This document shows positions 27,723 through 47,024 of a DNA stretch of 64,000 nucleotides, one piece after another (position 1 is the first letter of the stretch; each line of letters opens with the position of its first letter). The notes beneath the pieces are model-generated. The model was not told the origin of the DNA. It did not search any database and saw nothing but the letters and a program-made list of their open reading frames with translations. This DNA comes from Stegostoma tigrinum (taxonomy: Eukaryota). The stretch spans positions 20,606,629 to 20,670,628 of the forward strand of contig NC_081391.1 of NCBI RefSeq assembly GCF_030684315.1, given 5' to 3'. Position numbers and translations under genes: made by a program.

Positions 27723-29547
27723 CTGAACTGCCTTAATCTCAATTGGCAAAATAATCTGTAGGATTTGACAAGTATGACTGTAATAAAATGCTTAATGTTG
27801 ACTGGATTCTGGCCTTCAATTTGGAGTATGCAACACTGCTGCTAAAACAACTTTTTTCTGATTAACATAGTGGTCTCAATCTGCTGCCTCAGGGTCACAA
27901 GTGAAGGCCTAGTTTCAATCCCTTCTGGGGAGGGGCTAGGTACAAGGGAAGAGCATGAGCTGAAACAGGCCTTTTCTGTGAGCTACCTTGATATAGTAAA
28001 ATCTTTTTGTAGACTAGGGTGGGTGGAAGTGTCACTTTGGCCTCTAAGATATCAACAAAAGGATAGCTGATCATCCCATTTGACTTTCTTTCATTTTTTT
28101 TTCAGTTTCCTGGAAAAAAACTTTCCTCCAAGGGGTAGTGATTACAACCTCAACAATTTCAGTGACAGGGGAAATCTGTAAATTTTACTAGGCAACTGCC
28201 AATGTTCTTATCTCCTAAAATGGCCCATTTCATCCTCATCAACAGACATCTGGGATATGCCTCCTGTTACCAGGACAACACTTGCCACAGCATAGGCAAT
28301 GTCAATGCTGACCATAACCACACTTTCCCTGGGCTTGGCCCATAGGCCTCAGGAAATTACCCAAACATCTCTTTAAACATTTGTACCTGTGTCCATCACT
28401 TCCAGGGACAGTTCAGACAGCACATGGATTTTTTTTTGAATGAACAAACTTGTCTTCATCTTATTATAACAAAATGCCCCACCCCACTATGTCTTAATTT
28501 TTTCCCCTACCTATGGAGAGGCTGCCTGCCGCTCACTTAACCTACACGCTGCTCACTTAATCTACACCCCTCTGACATTTGGTGGCTCATTGCTTCAGAA
28601 GAGGCCTCTCCCATCTCATATACAACCTCAATGGGATGTTCCAACTCCTACACTGAAAGGACTGAGCAATGAGGGCATGCAAGCTACATGCATGAACAGC
28701 TATGGCTGAAACAAACTTCTAAGCATTATGTATCCTAAGCCCTCAATCTTGTTCTACAACACTCTCCAAGGATCTACTTTTCATAGCATAAGTTATGCCC
28801 TTTCTATGTTCTTCTGGAGAACTGCAATCAGCAAAATGACATTTCAAGTCCCTGCATTCTTTTTAAGTCTGCAGTTGTATTTCATCTTTGCCATTGTATC
28901 TAAATTCATCATTCAGAATTTATGCTTCTTACCACTTTGATTTTATTTTATAATCCACTCTCACAAGTATGTGCTGATTGACCCTTCCCACAGGAGCTGC
29001 TTCCGATCAGTAGTTAGCCCTCGAGCCAGTACAGCCACAGGTCTTCACCAAAGTTTGTAGGGTCCATGGAGTGACCATGTGTATCTGTCAGTTTGGTCAA
29101 AGCTTGTTGTGACCACTGAACATTTACGACAGCTTCAAACTTTTTTCAACTAGATCAGGTGTTGATATCTGAATGCATTTTCAGTTTGTGTGGATCAACT
29201 GTGTCTGTTGGTGGTATCTCTCCTTAAAAGCTTTTGCCTGTCAAATAACCAGCAGTTCCAGATGTGAATCACTGTCAGTCTGCCTAGTGCATCTGAATCA
29301 AAAGCTAATCCAAGGGACCACACTCTTCTGTAATGAAACTCGATGGCAAAACATGGTGTCTCCGTGATAGTCACTTGAAGCAAAATAACCAGATCAGATT
29401 ATAGAAAAGCTCTTCAAAAGTATTTAAAAAAAACATTTCATTTTTAATCCACCTGCAACCAACCAGCTGGGTGCAAGCTTGTTGAGATTTATTAATCTGA
29501 AAGCAGTGACCTCATCAAGACTAATCTCCCAAATCTTTATATTCCCA

Positions 29548-32281
<2,734 letters not shown>

Positions 32282-34859
32282 CTGAACTGACTGCAAGGAG
32301 CGAGCTTGTGCACAATCTGCAGGGACTGTGGCTTCAAATACATGCTGCATTGTAATTTAGTAAATGACTAAACTGTTCATGGACTAATTTTTGCCTCACT
32401 TGTTTAATTGCACAACTTGATCAATCTTCCAAGTATGGAGTAAGATTGCTCTTCAATCCAACAGTTCAGGGCCCACTTATAAAATTCTGTGAAAATAGAT
32501 TGTCTTAGCAGCACATCCTGCAAGTCTGAGATTGTTATGAGAAAATGGACTTGGGTTGTTTCAAAACTCCATGATGTCTAGCTCGTGGGAAAATCTATGG
32601 CCACAACTGTTGAGAGCAGTTTTCCCATAAATTTCAGACTTTGTTTTGCCCTAGTCCATGTTGGTTTTCATGTGGGGTGTGGTTTAGCTGCTTGGGTGCC
32701 CATGAGGAGGACAAATACCACTGTTCCTTAGCCATGTCTACACTTAAATTCTCTTGCTCCCATCCCTCTGTTCGAACCAAAAGCAAAGTGCTATCGGCGT
32801 CACTGGGGAAGTGGTGTTTTTTTTAAACTCCAGCATTGGCCTGTTTCCTTGTAGGATCAAGCCTAGTCCATGTCTGTCACTTGACCATTTTTAAAAAGCC
32901 TACACCACAGTCCACCAACGAACTAGGCAAGAGATTGATGTCTCCAACAGTGCACCGTGGGAGGTTCCCTAATGTCAAAGATACTGACTTTGACTTTGGC
33001 TTAAAATCAAGCCATGATTGCTGCCACTTGATTTAAGGAGGAATCAATATTTTGTTCCCCCCCTCTCCCTCCCCAGTTCGTAATGCAACATTCTCCAAGT
33101 CGGGCCTCCTTCCACAATTGGAGGGAGGATTAGTCTATAGGTGGCTGAGGGCAGGAATCCCTCAGGATAAGGGAATGTGTAACTGAAAGATTGGGATAGG
33201 TGGCTCCACTTTTAAACCTGCTTTTTCAATCAGTTTCACGAGAGGTAACTGCTCACCGAACAATTTGTATGGGTGAGTTACCCAGTTGTAGTCTTTTTAA
33301 TTGAATTGGCAATGAAACTTCCGACATCCTTTATCTTTATTTGTTCCATTAATGCAATTGGAGGGCTTCAAATGTTAATGTTTCTGCTGCAAGCGTCCTG
33401 TGTCTTAAGAGTTTTGAGGAATGCGACAAGTTTAATGAGATTTCAGTCTTCGTTCAATGTTAATGCCTTTGCATCTTCCACCCCCCTGACCCCTCCCAAA
33501 AAAAAGGGTTTCAGTTACCTTTTACTTTTGCTATTGAATCGGCATTCGTTAAATTACATCACTTCAACTGGCGTTGAATTGTCACCATCCCTGACTCTCG
33601 CAGGTACTGATACTGAGTTCAAATCATCCCTGTGTAAACATCTATCGTTTGTTTCTGTTGCTATGGAGCAGTGTCCAGACAGTCCTGTACTTGTAAGAAG
33701 CTGCATGATATCGTGTGACTATCCTGCTGTCGCTCTCATGTTTTCTCTCTCAGACGGTTTAGTCAGTCTGTTGTGTGAAATAGACAGTTACATTAAGGCA
33801 CACAAACCAGACTAAATGTGTTCATTGTGTAAACTACAAATTGAATCATGGGAGCATCCCACAAACATTGACACAGAGAATGCTGTTAGCCTGCAAACCA
33901 GTGTAGATACACAAACTGAAGTACAGTGAGAGTCCATATGAGAGGCTGCCTATCTACATTCCAAGAAATAGAATTTTAAATGGTCCTGAAAGGACAGTTC
34001 AAAGAACTCCTTGAAGAAAATATATCTTAAAAACATTAAAAAATTTGGTTTCTAATTTGAAAAAAAAATTACCTGTGTCTAAATGTCAGCCATTTATCAT
34101 TACCTATTTCCAAATTGATGGGATAATTTTAAAACAATACCCTCATGCTGCTGTGAGATCGGAATCCCCTCTGACTGCGCTTAATGCAATACGGTCAGAT
34201 GAAATACCAAACCTTGTGGATGTGTATGCTGTGAATAAAAGCCAAGCCTTAACATAAAACACTGAAATATGTGCTATTTGAGGGGTTAATTTCAGACATT
34301 CCAATGTCAGGATACAACTGATGATATTAAAAAGGCTGGAAGTTGGGATATGATGATAACAATGACACAGAATAACGACTATCATGATATTTGAAGCGTG
34401 GAAGAGGCCATTGAAGGACCAAGTGGTGCGAGACAATGCCATTCGTAGCACTGGATAGTGGGAAATAACAGCATTGTGTTGTTCTGTCTGGATCAAAGAG
34501 GCTGCTCAGCATTGACCATTCAGCAGAATGGCCTCAGTAACTGTGCTGATGTTATTCCCGTGAAGATCATCACAAGAGAAAAAACTGGCACTGCAGATGG
34601 AAGATGGGACAGCATTGGTCGGCCTGACTGAAGCCTGCATTCAACAGAGGATGGAGCCGTGGTGCTGGGGATTTTGGGGATTGTCAGTGTTCCAGCTGAA
34701 TTGGAGTGATCACAGTCTGGGAGGTGTCTGCAGCAGATGAAGGGTCCAAATCAGTCAAGCTGGTTCGTGGACTCATCGTTCTCACTGGAAACTGAGTGCG
34801 GGGTTGTATGTCATCAGCCGAATCTGAGGGGTATGAGGGCTGAGAACTTTTTACGAGAT

Positions 34860-35745
34860 TTTTTATTATCTTGGGGGACATTAGTGTGACTAGCTGATAT
34901 TTTTTGCCACTCCCTTTTTGCAGTTGAGAAGCTAGGGGTGACCTGCCACCCATGTGCTGTAGGTAGACCCATAATGCCATTAGGGAGGAAACTCCAGGCG
35001 TTTGACGAGAGACACTGAAGGAATGGTGAGGTATTTCCAAGTCAGGGTAATGAGTGGCTTGGAGGGGAACTGGCAGCTGGTGGCAGCTGGTGGCGTTCCC
35101 ATGGACTTGCTGCCCTCGTCCTTCCAAATCTAAGTTGCCATGGGTTCCAAAGGATCTTTGGTAAACTTTTGCAGTGCATCTTCTTGAGAGTACGCACTGC
35201 TGCTGTTGAGTGTTATTGGTGGAAGGATTGGATATTTGTGGAGTGGCACTAATCAAATGGGCTGCTTTGCCCTGGATAACACCAAGCTTCTTGAGTGTTG
35301 TTGGGGCTGCACACATCCAGGCGAGTGGGGTGTATTCCATCACACCCCTGACTTGTAGATGGTGACAGGCTTTGGGGACTCAGGAGGTGGGTTACTCACC
35401 ACAGCATTCCTAGCCTCTGACCTGCTCTGCTAAACATTGTGTTTAAGTGGTGAGTCCAGCCAAGTTTCTGGTCAATGATAACTCCCAGGATGTCGACAGC
35501 AGGGTATTCAGTGACTGTATGGACATTGAATGTCAAGGCACAGTGGTTAGATTTTATTACTGATGGTCATTGCCTGGCATTTGTGTGGTGTAAACTTTCC
35601 TCGCCACTTCTCAACCCAAGACTGGATATGGTCCAGCTCTTGTTGCATTTACATGTGAAATGTTGCAGTATCTGAGGAGTGGTGAACGGTGCTGAACGTT
35701 ATGCAATCACCGGCAAACAGCCTCGCTTCTGACCTTATGACGGAG
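34860..35745 (-). mobile_element. CR1/L2-group LINE 3' fragment
   Basis: MEYTPLAWMCAAPTTLKKLGVIQGKAAHLI; same family as 43155-44060 and 44070-44675. Confidence 0.8.
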
Positions 35746-36511
35746 ACAAACGGAAAGTAGTTTAAGAGTAATGACTAAAACCAGGCATTTTGTGTTTGAA
35801 TTGAGTTTGATTCGGAGAGAAACATAAGGATTTGCAAGTGGAATTTTGGTTTTATTTAAATACATCATGCTGCCTGGTGCCGGTTTTGGGTGAGTGTCAG
35901 TGTTAAATCAGGGTGAGATTTAAATTGGACAGGTGTTGTATCATTTAGACCAGCTGAGAGGCGTTGTGTCAGGGCACCAGGAGGCTTATTCTATCAAGCA
36001 AATTTGTGGTTGGTCCAAACGCTGTGTCTGTGTGATAGTGTTCTTTATGAAATTCTACATTCCAAGGCCCGCTGTAAGGAGGGGACCAAGAACAGAAGCC
36101 GTTAGGATATGTTTACCCCTTTCTGGGCCTGGATGCCCAAAGGGCTGCTCTCCTTAAAAGGGCAGTGACATACAACTAACTAAAAGAGGGAATGGGTAAA
36201 CAAAAATATAGAAAATCATGATACAATACCAGCTAAAGACCACAAAAATGGAAAGTAAAATTTAGCTTGGCATACCATTGATATTTTGTTAGAGCTCCAG
36301 TTATTACCCAGAGGTAACATTTTTTAAATTACTTTGTTCCTATCTAATTGTAGATGTTTTCTGAGCAGCCAGGGGGATCTGAACGTGCTGTCCTTCAGAA
36401 TTAAGGGTATGGACACTATAAGTAACCCACTAGTTTGGGATCTGTTGAGGACCCATTACTCCAAAAGCACTTGCACAATCAAGACTCTTTCCCAAACCTC
36501 TCTGTATACCA

Positions 36512-36740
36512 AATCTCTGATTGGCCCTGGGTCTCAGCCCTATCCCCACAGTGCCCTCTCTTTTTTTCATTGATGCCTGCATTGATAGATTCCTGATTGG
36601 CTATCAGGGACTATCAATCATCATTGGTGACCTTGTTCCTTGTTTCAGTGCCGGATGTACCCAGGAGTATAAATACAAGAGCTTGTGGGTGTGATACAGT
36701 TCTAGAGTTGGCCTAGTGGTAGTGAGCAGGAGTAGTGAAG
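36512..36740 (+). promoter_or_regulatory. Promoter of copy 6
   Basis: CTGATTGG twice, CATTGG, TATAAA 36668. Confidence 0.65.
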
Positions 36741-38985
<2,245 letters not shown>

Positions 38986-41900
38986 CTGAACTGACTGCAG
39001 GGAGCAGGTTTGTTGACACCTGTCTGAACAGGAGACCTGTAGAGACTTCTCGTTTTGTAGAAGCAGCTCATTGTCCTGCACCAAGTGTAAATAAACTGAT
39101 CACATGGGACCATGTCTTGCCTCCCTTTCTTGGTTAATCCTTGCTGTGAGCTGTAGCTTGATCCTGTTTGATTCTGCTCTTGCTGATGAGAACACTCTCT
39201 CCCTCCTAGGCTGTGGGTTTCACTGTCTGGCCCAGACAATTGCCTAGAACAAGTCATCTTTGTGGTGAGCTTCTGCCTTGAACCCCAGGGCCATGGTCCA
39301 GAGACTTTCCCCTTCCTCTCAAAGGAATTGGCATACTTTGGCCCAGTGTATTTCCACCCAGATAAGTGGCTTGAACCAGAACTTGGTGGTGGTATTCCTG
39401 TTACTGACTTCTCTTCAGTGGAAGTGGTCATAGATTTGAATGGTCCAAGGCAGGGAGCCTCAGTGAGTTTCTGCTGTGCGCAACACTCAGCACCATTTGG
39501 TGCAATGATAACAGCAGTGGCAGTGACTTTGGTTTCAGGGTCATATACCAAATTCTATTCAAAGTTACTTCCAAATCAGTGAAGCCTCACAGAGCCCTAA
39601 TGACTGTACATTGACAATCATGCTTACAAGAAGACTGACCAAAATCTCTTAAATTGACTTTTTATTTACCAGGTCTGGCAGTCAGTCAGCAGAATTCAAG
39701 AGTAATGGGGTTATCCCTGATAGGTCTGTTTTCAATTCTGTGTAAAAACCCCACCCTTTTCTCGAACAGAAACACCTTTGCAGGTGCTAAGGGCTCCAAC
39801 AGTGGCTCAGTGAGTAGCAGGATCACAGTGTGCTCAATGGCTATCGTAGAACATCGTCAAATTCTGAGGCTGCAACACTTCAGCGATTGCCATGCTTTTT
39901 CCAGGGTCAGCATGCAGTTACCCACTTTGAGCAAAGCTGATTTTATTTTTAAGCCTAGTTTGGGAAATGGAGTTTTTGCTGTCACCACCTGCCACAAAGA
40001 CATTGTGCTCTAAATTTGTTGCTAATTCCTGATTTAGAGCCCAGTCCTAACACGTCAGGGTGATGTATCCCTGGGAAACTGTGCCTCAATCCACTGGGAC
40101 TTGGGTGAATTTTTCTACAACATAGCTCAAAGGCTGGCATCAAGTTCCGCTTCTACCATTCTGTCTCTGGGCCAAAATGGTTCTCTAACTTAAAACAGTA
40201 GCGATTGCTCCTATCAGTTTGTATGTTACTGAATTATACAGTGGCTTTTTTAAAAATTCAAACCAATTTGTTGACTGACTTTTTCACATCTTAAACTATT
40301 TCCATTTGTTGAATGCATCTTCCTTGCCCCCTCTTTCCCCCCACACCACACCCCATGAATGGATATAAATGTTAATGGTGCAGCTGTAATTATCCAGTGT
40401 TTTCAGGAATTTGATAGAAAATGCAAAAGTGAACAAAATCTGTTTATCCGCTGTTAATGCCTTGCATATCTGAAAGAAATTTTCAGGCACCTTTTTCACG
40501 TTTGCTATTGAATCAATAATCATAAAAGACATTTCACACTTGGAGTTTAATTATCACCATTCCTGATCCTAACAGGTGTTGCTACTGAAGTTAAATAATT
40601 TTACCCTTGGGGGGGATAAAAAATCTATCATGTGTTCCTGTTATAATACAGCAGAGTTTTCAGGCAGTCCTGTACTTGTAAGACAGCTGCACAATATCAC
40701 AATGTATGACTTTCCAGTATAAAAATATCTGCTTTGCTGTCAATCACACGCACGTTTGTCAGTCAGTTGTGTGGAATAGATATAGAAAGCAGACTAAATG
40801 TGTTTATAGGGTAAATCGCAGAGAGTGCCGTTAGCCTGCAAATCTGTGTAGATACACAAACTGAAGTACAGTGAGAGGCTGCTAATCTAAATTTCAAGAA
40901 ATGGAATTTTAACTGGTGCTGAAAAGACAACCCAAAGGATTCCTTGAAGAAAATATGCATTAAAAGCGCCAAAACGTGTGCTTTTTTTTCCCATTTAAAA
41001 AGGAATTACCTGTGTCCAGATGTCAGCCATTTCTATCATTTTCTACTTCCAAACTGTGAAATCGTTAAAGAAACATTCTGTTGTGAGACCGAAGTCCCTT
41101 CCATCTGGGTTTATGGAATAAAGTGCAATTAAATAATAAATCTTATGGATATGAATAGTGTGAATAAAAGCCAAGACTCAACACAAAACATGGAGAGGAA
41201 TGCTACATTTGAGCAGTAAATCTCAAACATTCCAACATCAGATCAGAACTGATGATGGTAAAAGGGCTGGAAGTTGGGATATGATCACAACAATACAATG
41301 GCACAGGATAACCAGCATCATGGCATCTAACTAAGGAAAGGAGTAGGTCATTGAAGAACCATGCGATGCCAGACAAATGCCATTCATAGCGCTGGATGGT
41401 GATAAAATAACATCATTGAGCTGGTCTGTCCAGATCAAAGAGACTGTTAAGCACTGACCATTCAGCAGAATGGCCTCAGTAAATGTGCTGATATCATTTC
41501 TGTGAAGATCATCATAAGAGAAAGAACTGGCATTGCAGATGGAAAGTGGGAAAGGATTGGTCAGCCTGACTCAAGCCTGTATTCAACCGAGGATGGAGCC
41601 GTGCTGTTGGGGATTTTGGGGATTGTTAGTGTTTGGGCCGAATTAGAGTGATCACAGTCTAGGAGGTGTCTGCAGCCAGGAGGAGAGTCCAGATCAGCCA
41701 AGCCGGTTTGTGAACCCATCGTTCTCACTGGAAAGACCAAACTGAGCGCAGGGTTGTACATCGTCAGCCATACCTGAGGGGTAATGGGTCTGAGAGGTTT
41801 TCACAATTTTTAATCTCTCGTGGGACGTTGATGTTGCTGACTGAGACAGTATTTATTAGCTACCCCTAGTTGCCCTTCAGAAGGTGGTGATCTGCATTCT

Positions 41901-43154
41901 TGATCCGTTGTAGTTGATGTTCTGTAGGTTGACGCACAATGCTGTTCGGGAGGGGATTGCAGGATTTTCACTCGGCGACACTGAAGGAACGGTACTATAT
42001 TTCCAGTCAGAATGGTGAGTGACTTGTCGGGGAATTTGCCAGGGTTGACGTTCCACGCATATCTGTTGGCTGTCCTAGTGGGTGTGCGTTTGGAAGGTGC
42101 TATCGAAACACTTTGGTGAATTCCTGCAGCGCATCCTCTGGAAGGTACACACGGCTGCTACTGAGCGTCATTCTACATTCCAAGGCCCGTTGTAAGGAGG
42201 GGAACAAGAACAGGAGCCGTTATGATATGTTTACCCCTCTTTGGGCCTGGATGCCCAAAGGGCTGCTCTCCTTAAAAGGGCAGTGACATACAACTAACTA
42301 AAGAGGGGGAAGGCCAACAAAAATATAGAAAATCATGATACAATACCAGCTAAAGACCACAAAAATGGAAAGTAAAATTTGGCTTGGAACACCATTGACA
42401 TTTTATTCGAGCTCCAGTTATTTCAATTAAGAATCAGTCTTACTTTATGCGTCAGCAGAACTGCTGATGTTTGGACAAAGTCCTTTGTATCACTGGACAC
42501 ACACTGCATCTCCACTTTGACCAGGACATGTGCCAAGCTCCAAATACATCTTCTGTTGGGGAGGTCAACTGTGCCCATTGGTGGGGTCTGTCCCAAAAGG
42601 ATTGTGCATGAAAGGTCATTGCTGGTTCCCAAAGTCAATCACAGGCCTCCCCCCCAAACATCTGGCCCATCTGAGCCAGAGTTTCATCCAAGGAGACACT
42701 TCTCATCACCTAATCCTGGGCTGAAGCCTTTTGAGGATGAAACCAGATGGAAACACCTGGGATATCAGAGAAGCAGTTGTAGTTAAAGGGGTCAATTTGC
42801 ACTGATGATGGAAAAGTTGCTTCCCTCGAGGTAACATTTTTTAATTACTTCATTCCTATACCACTGTAGATATTTTCTGAGCAACATATTGTGGAGACAT
42901 TGGAACCAGAACCCAGAGGTTTCAGATCTAGAGGAGTGGGTCCTACATATTCATTTACAAACAACCAGCTAGTTTGGGAGGTGTTGAGAATCCACCACTT
43001 TAAAAGCACTTATAGAGTCAAAGCTAATTGCCGGGTCACCAAACCTGAAACATTAACTCTGTTTTCTCCTCCGCAGATGCTGTCAGACCTGCTGAGCTTT
43101 TCCAGCAATTTTGCTTTTGTTCCTGATTCACAGCATCTGCAGTTCTTTAGGTTT

Positions 43155-44060
43155 TTATGAAGATCTGGACAATATCCAGGCTTGTGCTGACAAGCGGCAA
43201 GTGACATTCCCGCCACGCAAATGCCAGGCTAAGACCATCACCAATAAGAGACAATCTAACCACCAGCCCTTGGCAGTCAATGGTGTTACTATCACTGAAG
43301 ATCCCACGATCAAAATCCTGGGTGTTATCCTTGACCAGAAACTGAGCTGGACTCACCACATTAACACAATGGATACAAGAGCAGGCCAGAAGCTGGGATT
43401 ACTGCAGCGAGTCCCTCACCCCCTGACCCCTCAAAGCCTGTCCACCATCTCCAAGGCACAAGTCAGGAGTGGGATGGAATACTCCCCACTTGCCTGGATG
43501 GGTGTCGACATAACAACACTCAAGATGCTTGACACCATCCAGGATAAAGCAACCGCTTGATTGGGACCATACCCATCAACATCTACTCCTTCCACGATTG
43601 CTGCTCGGTAGCAGCAGTGTGTACCAACTACAAGATGCTCTGCAGAAATTCACCAAAGATCCTCAGACAGCACCTTCCAAACCCACAACCACTTCCACCT
43701 TGAAGGACAAGGGCATCAGACATATGGGAACACCTGACGTGGAAACATACCACTATTCTTTCATTGTCGCTGGCTCAAAATAGAACATAGAACATAGAAC
43801 ATTACAGCACAGTACAGGCCCTTCAGCCCTCGATATTGTGCCAACCTGAGATACCGATCTGAAGCCCAGCTAACCTACACTATTCCATGTACGTCCATAT
43901 GCTTGTCCAAAAATCCTGAAATTCCCTTCTTATTAGCATTGTGGGACAACCCACAGCAGGGGGGCTGCAGCTGGTCCAGAAGGTGGCTCACCCACACCTT
44001 CTCTAGGGACGGGCAAGACATACTGGGCCCAGCCAGTGACACCCACATCCTAGAAATGCA
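43155..44060 (+). mobile_element. CR1/L2-group LINE 3' fragment with a nested CR1 tail (43781-43888, minus strand)
   Basis: DLDNIQA..ILGVILDQKLSWTHHI..KAQVRSGMEYSPLAWMG..LDTIQDKA. Confidence 0.85.
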
Positions 44061-44069
44061 TTTACTGCC

Positions 44070-44675
44070 TGGGCCAGCATTTATTACTCATTCCTTGTTG
44101 CCCTTGAAGGCGTTGGTGAGCTGCCACCGTGAAATGCTGTGAGTGCATCCACATTGCCCAAACGGAAGGAATTCCAGGAGTTTTGACCTAGCAACATGTA
44201 ATTCTAAATCAGGTTGGTGGAAGTGGTTTGGAGGGGACCTTGCAACGGGTAGTGTTCCCATCTATCTGCTGCCCTTGTCCTTCCAGATGAAGTGGTCATG
44301 GGTTTGGAAGTTGTTGTCTGAGGAGCTTTGGTGAATCTCTCCAGTGCATCTAGCAGCTAGTACACACTGCTGTGACTGCGCCTGTTGTAGAGAGAGTGGA
44401 TGTGGTGCCCATCAAGTGGCTGCAGTGTCCTGGATGGTGTCAAGCTTCTTGAGTGTTGTTGGAGCTGCACTCACGGGCTTGAGATCGGTATGACAGGTCG
44501 ACACAACATTGAGGGCCGAAGAGCCTGGACTGTGCTGTAACGTTCTATGTTCTATGTTCATCCAAGCAAGTGGGGACTATTCCATCGCACTCCTGACTTG
44601 TATCTTATAGATGGTACGCAGGGCTCGGGGAGTCAGGAGGTGAGTTACTCACCGCAGGATTCCCTGCCTCTGACG
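44070..44675 (-). mobile_element. CR1/L2-group LINE 3' fragment (opposite orientation) with a nested CR1 tail (44474-44557)
   Basis: Reverse complement of the same family (caagcttcttgagtgttgttggagctgcac...ggggactattccatc); the nested insert has TSD tca. Confidence 0.8.
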
Positions 44676-46484
44676 TCTGTTCACTTGTTAAGTGCGTGAG
44701 CTGTGTCTGGGCTTCAAATCAACTCTCCCACCCCTTCCTGTATCCTTGAATTACCAAGTAACCAAAGCGTCTGTTCATCCCAGCTTTGCATACACCCATC
44801 AGCTACATAACCGCACATCTCCAGTAGAGGGAATTTCAAACACACCCAATCCTTTCAGCAAAATACTTTATGCTCCTCTCCATCCCAGTTAGCAAAGGAC
44901 ACTTTAGCTCTCACACCCATTACCAACACCACACCCTCCCATATGCCATGACCCTGAATTCAGATTAACATTGATGTGAGAATACAATATTTAGGATATT
45001 ATGCACTAAATCTAGATCACCAACTTTGTGGAGGAAGATTCAATTGAGTTATTCAAGAGGGAATTCAGTTATTTCAATGGGAATAAGGTACAGAGTCAAA
45101 GAAAAGGCTGGAGAATGCTGCAAAGTCAAAATGGTTATTCAGGAAGCTGGTGCGACCATGATGGCCCAAATGGTACTGTTACGTTTTTGCGATTATCTGC
45201 ACGAGTGTCTAGAAAGAGTCAAGAGGCCAGCCTTAGCCTGGCAATAAAGAGCTGACCTCCAGTGATGGGCAGGAGGAGAGATGGCCATTTTACTAACTTG
45301 GTACCTGTCCAATACTCATTGGGTGCAAGGATTCAAACTGACGGTTGATGTAAGCCACCCAAAGGGTCCATGGTCTTATGTGGCACTGTGGTACTGTCCC
45401 TATCTCTGAGCCAGGTTCAAGGCTCACCTCTCCAGAGGTCTGTCATAGCATCTCCAAACTGGTTGATTAGAAAAAATATCTGAGACTACTTGAGGTGGTA
45501 ATCAGCGTATGGACATGGTGATCGCTGGTTCCACAGATCACTGCTGAACTAGAATCACAGAGGTACTTGCAGTGGCAGGAAACATCAGAGGGAATATAGA
45601 TTGCAGCCAGCAAAGGAAGGACATGTCAATGGCACAGTCTCAGGATAAAAGGGCCATAGTCAAAGACTGGTATGAGGAGGAATTCCTTCCCTCAGAGGGT
45701 TGAGAGTCTTTGGAACTCCTTGCTACAGTAAGTTGTGGGGTGCCTTGTGAATTCTTAAAGCTGAAATAGACAGATTCCCGATGAGTTGGAGAATAAAGAC
45801 TTACAGAGAAGGGGCAAGTAGGTGGCTGGGAGGAATGCTGGCTCAGCCATGATCCTATAGAATAGTGGAGGAGGTTGAAGGGGCTAAATGGCCTACTCCT
45901 GCTCCTAGACCTAATGGTTTTATGGTCTATTGTCTATGGATGAGGGGTGAGAGAAGTTAAGAATTTGCCCAGGGAGGGGAACAGAACTTTCCTGGTGTCT
46001 CAGCTGACCTGGGAATGAAAGAAATAAAGAAGAGAAAGATCATTCCTGTCAGCAAATGCTGAAGGACTGTCAGTCCTATTATCTCACGCTGTAGAGATTA
46101 GCTGCATCCATTTATCCACGCTCTGGGATCGATAAAACTCTCAATTGTCTCATATTTAAACTGTGGCAATAAACTTAATAAATTTTCTTAAAGCTGCTGA
46201 AAAAATCCTGAAGTGATTACCTAAGGTAACAGTACTCCCTGAATACAAAATCTTACAAATATATAGTTCCCACTGAGACTGTCAGATGCTGCTGGGGATG
46301 TCACTTCTCAGGCATCACCTCAGCAAGGACAATCGACCGACACCACTAAAAGATAATGGTGAAATGTTGCCCCACCATCCGTGTCAAAGGGTAACTGGGG
46401 ATCTCTGACAGTGGGAGATTGAAACTCCCTGTTACAAATGGAGGGCCCACACAATGGAACAGCTGCTGAGTTTGTGGGTGAGAT

Positions 46485-46815
46485 CATAGGAACTGCAGAT
46501 GATGGAGACTCTATTAACTTCATCCCACCGCCTTGACCTGTCTGTTCTCCCTGGACTGACCTATCTCTTCCCTACCTCCCCACTTACACCCACCTTTACT
46601 GGCTCCATCCCCACCTCTTTGACCTGCCTGTCTCCTTCCATCTAACTTATCCTCTATGCATCTTCTATCCGACTCCCCCCTCTCCCTATTTATTTCAGAG
46701 CCCCCTTCTTCTCCCCCATTTCTGAAGAAGGGTCTAGGCCCGAAATGTCAGCCTTCCTGCTCCTCTGATGCTGCTTGTCCTGCTGGGTTCATCCAGCTCT
46801 ACACCTTGTTATCTG
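46485..46815 (+). mobile_element. Penelope-derived terminal repeat with hammerhead-like core (46722-46749)
   Basis: Pyrimidine-rich body and CTGAAGA-AGGGTCTAGGCCC-GAAATGTC; homologous to the 3' end of the PLE at 59200-59420. Confidence 0.7.
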
Positions 46816-47024
46816 AGTTTGTGGGCAACACTGAATTCAGTTACATTCACTGACTCTCATTCACTCATTTCCATTTCTCTGTCCAGTGGCTGTTTTTGCA
46901 AATTTCCACAAAACGACTGAATTTGTTTTGTGTACTATATCAGCTTCGCAGCTCCTCAATCATACCAAATTTGGCCAGGTTATGAAAAGCTGCTTCAGCA
47001 AAAGTAACACGTTATTGCTAACAA

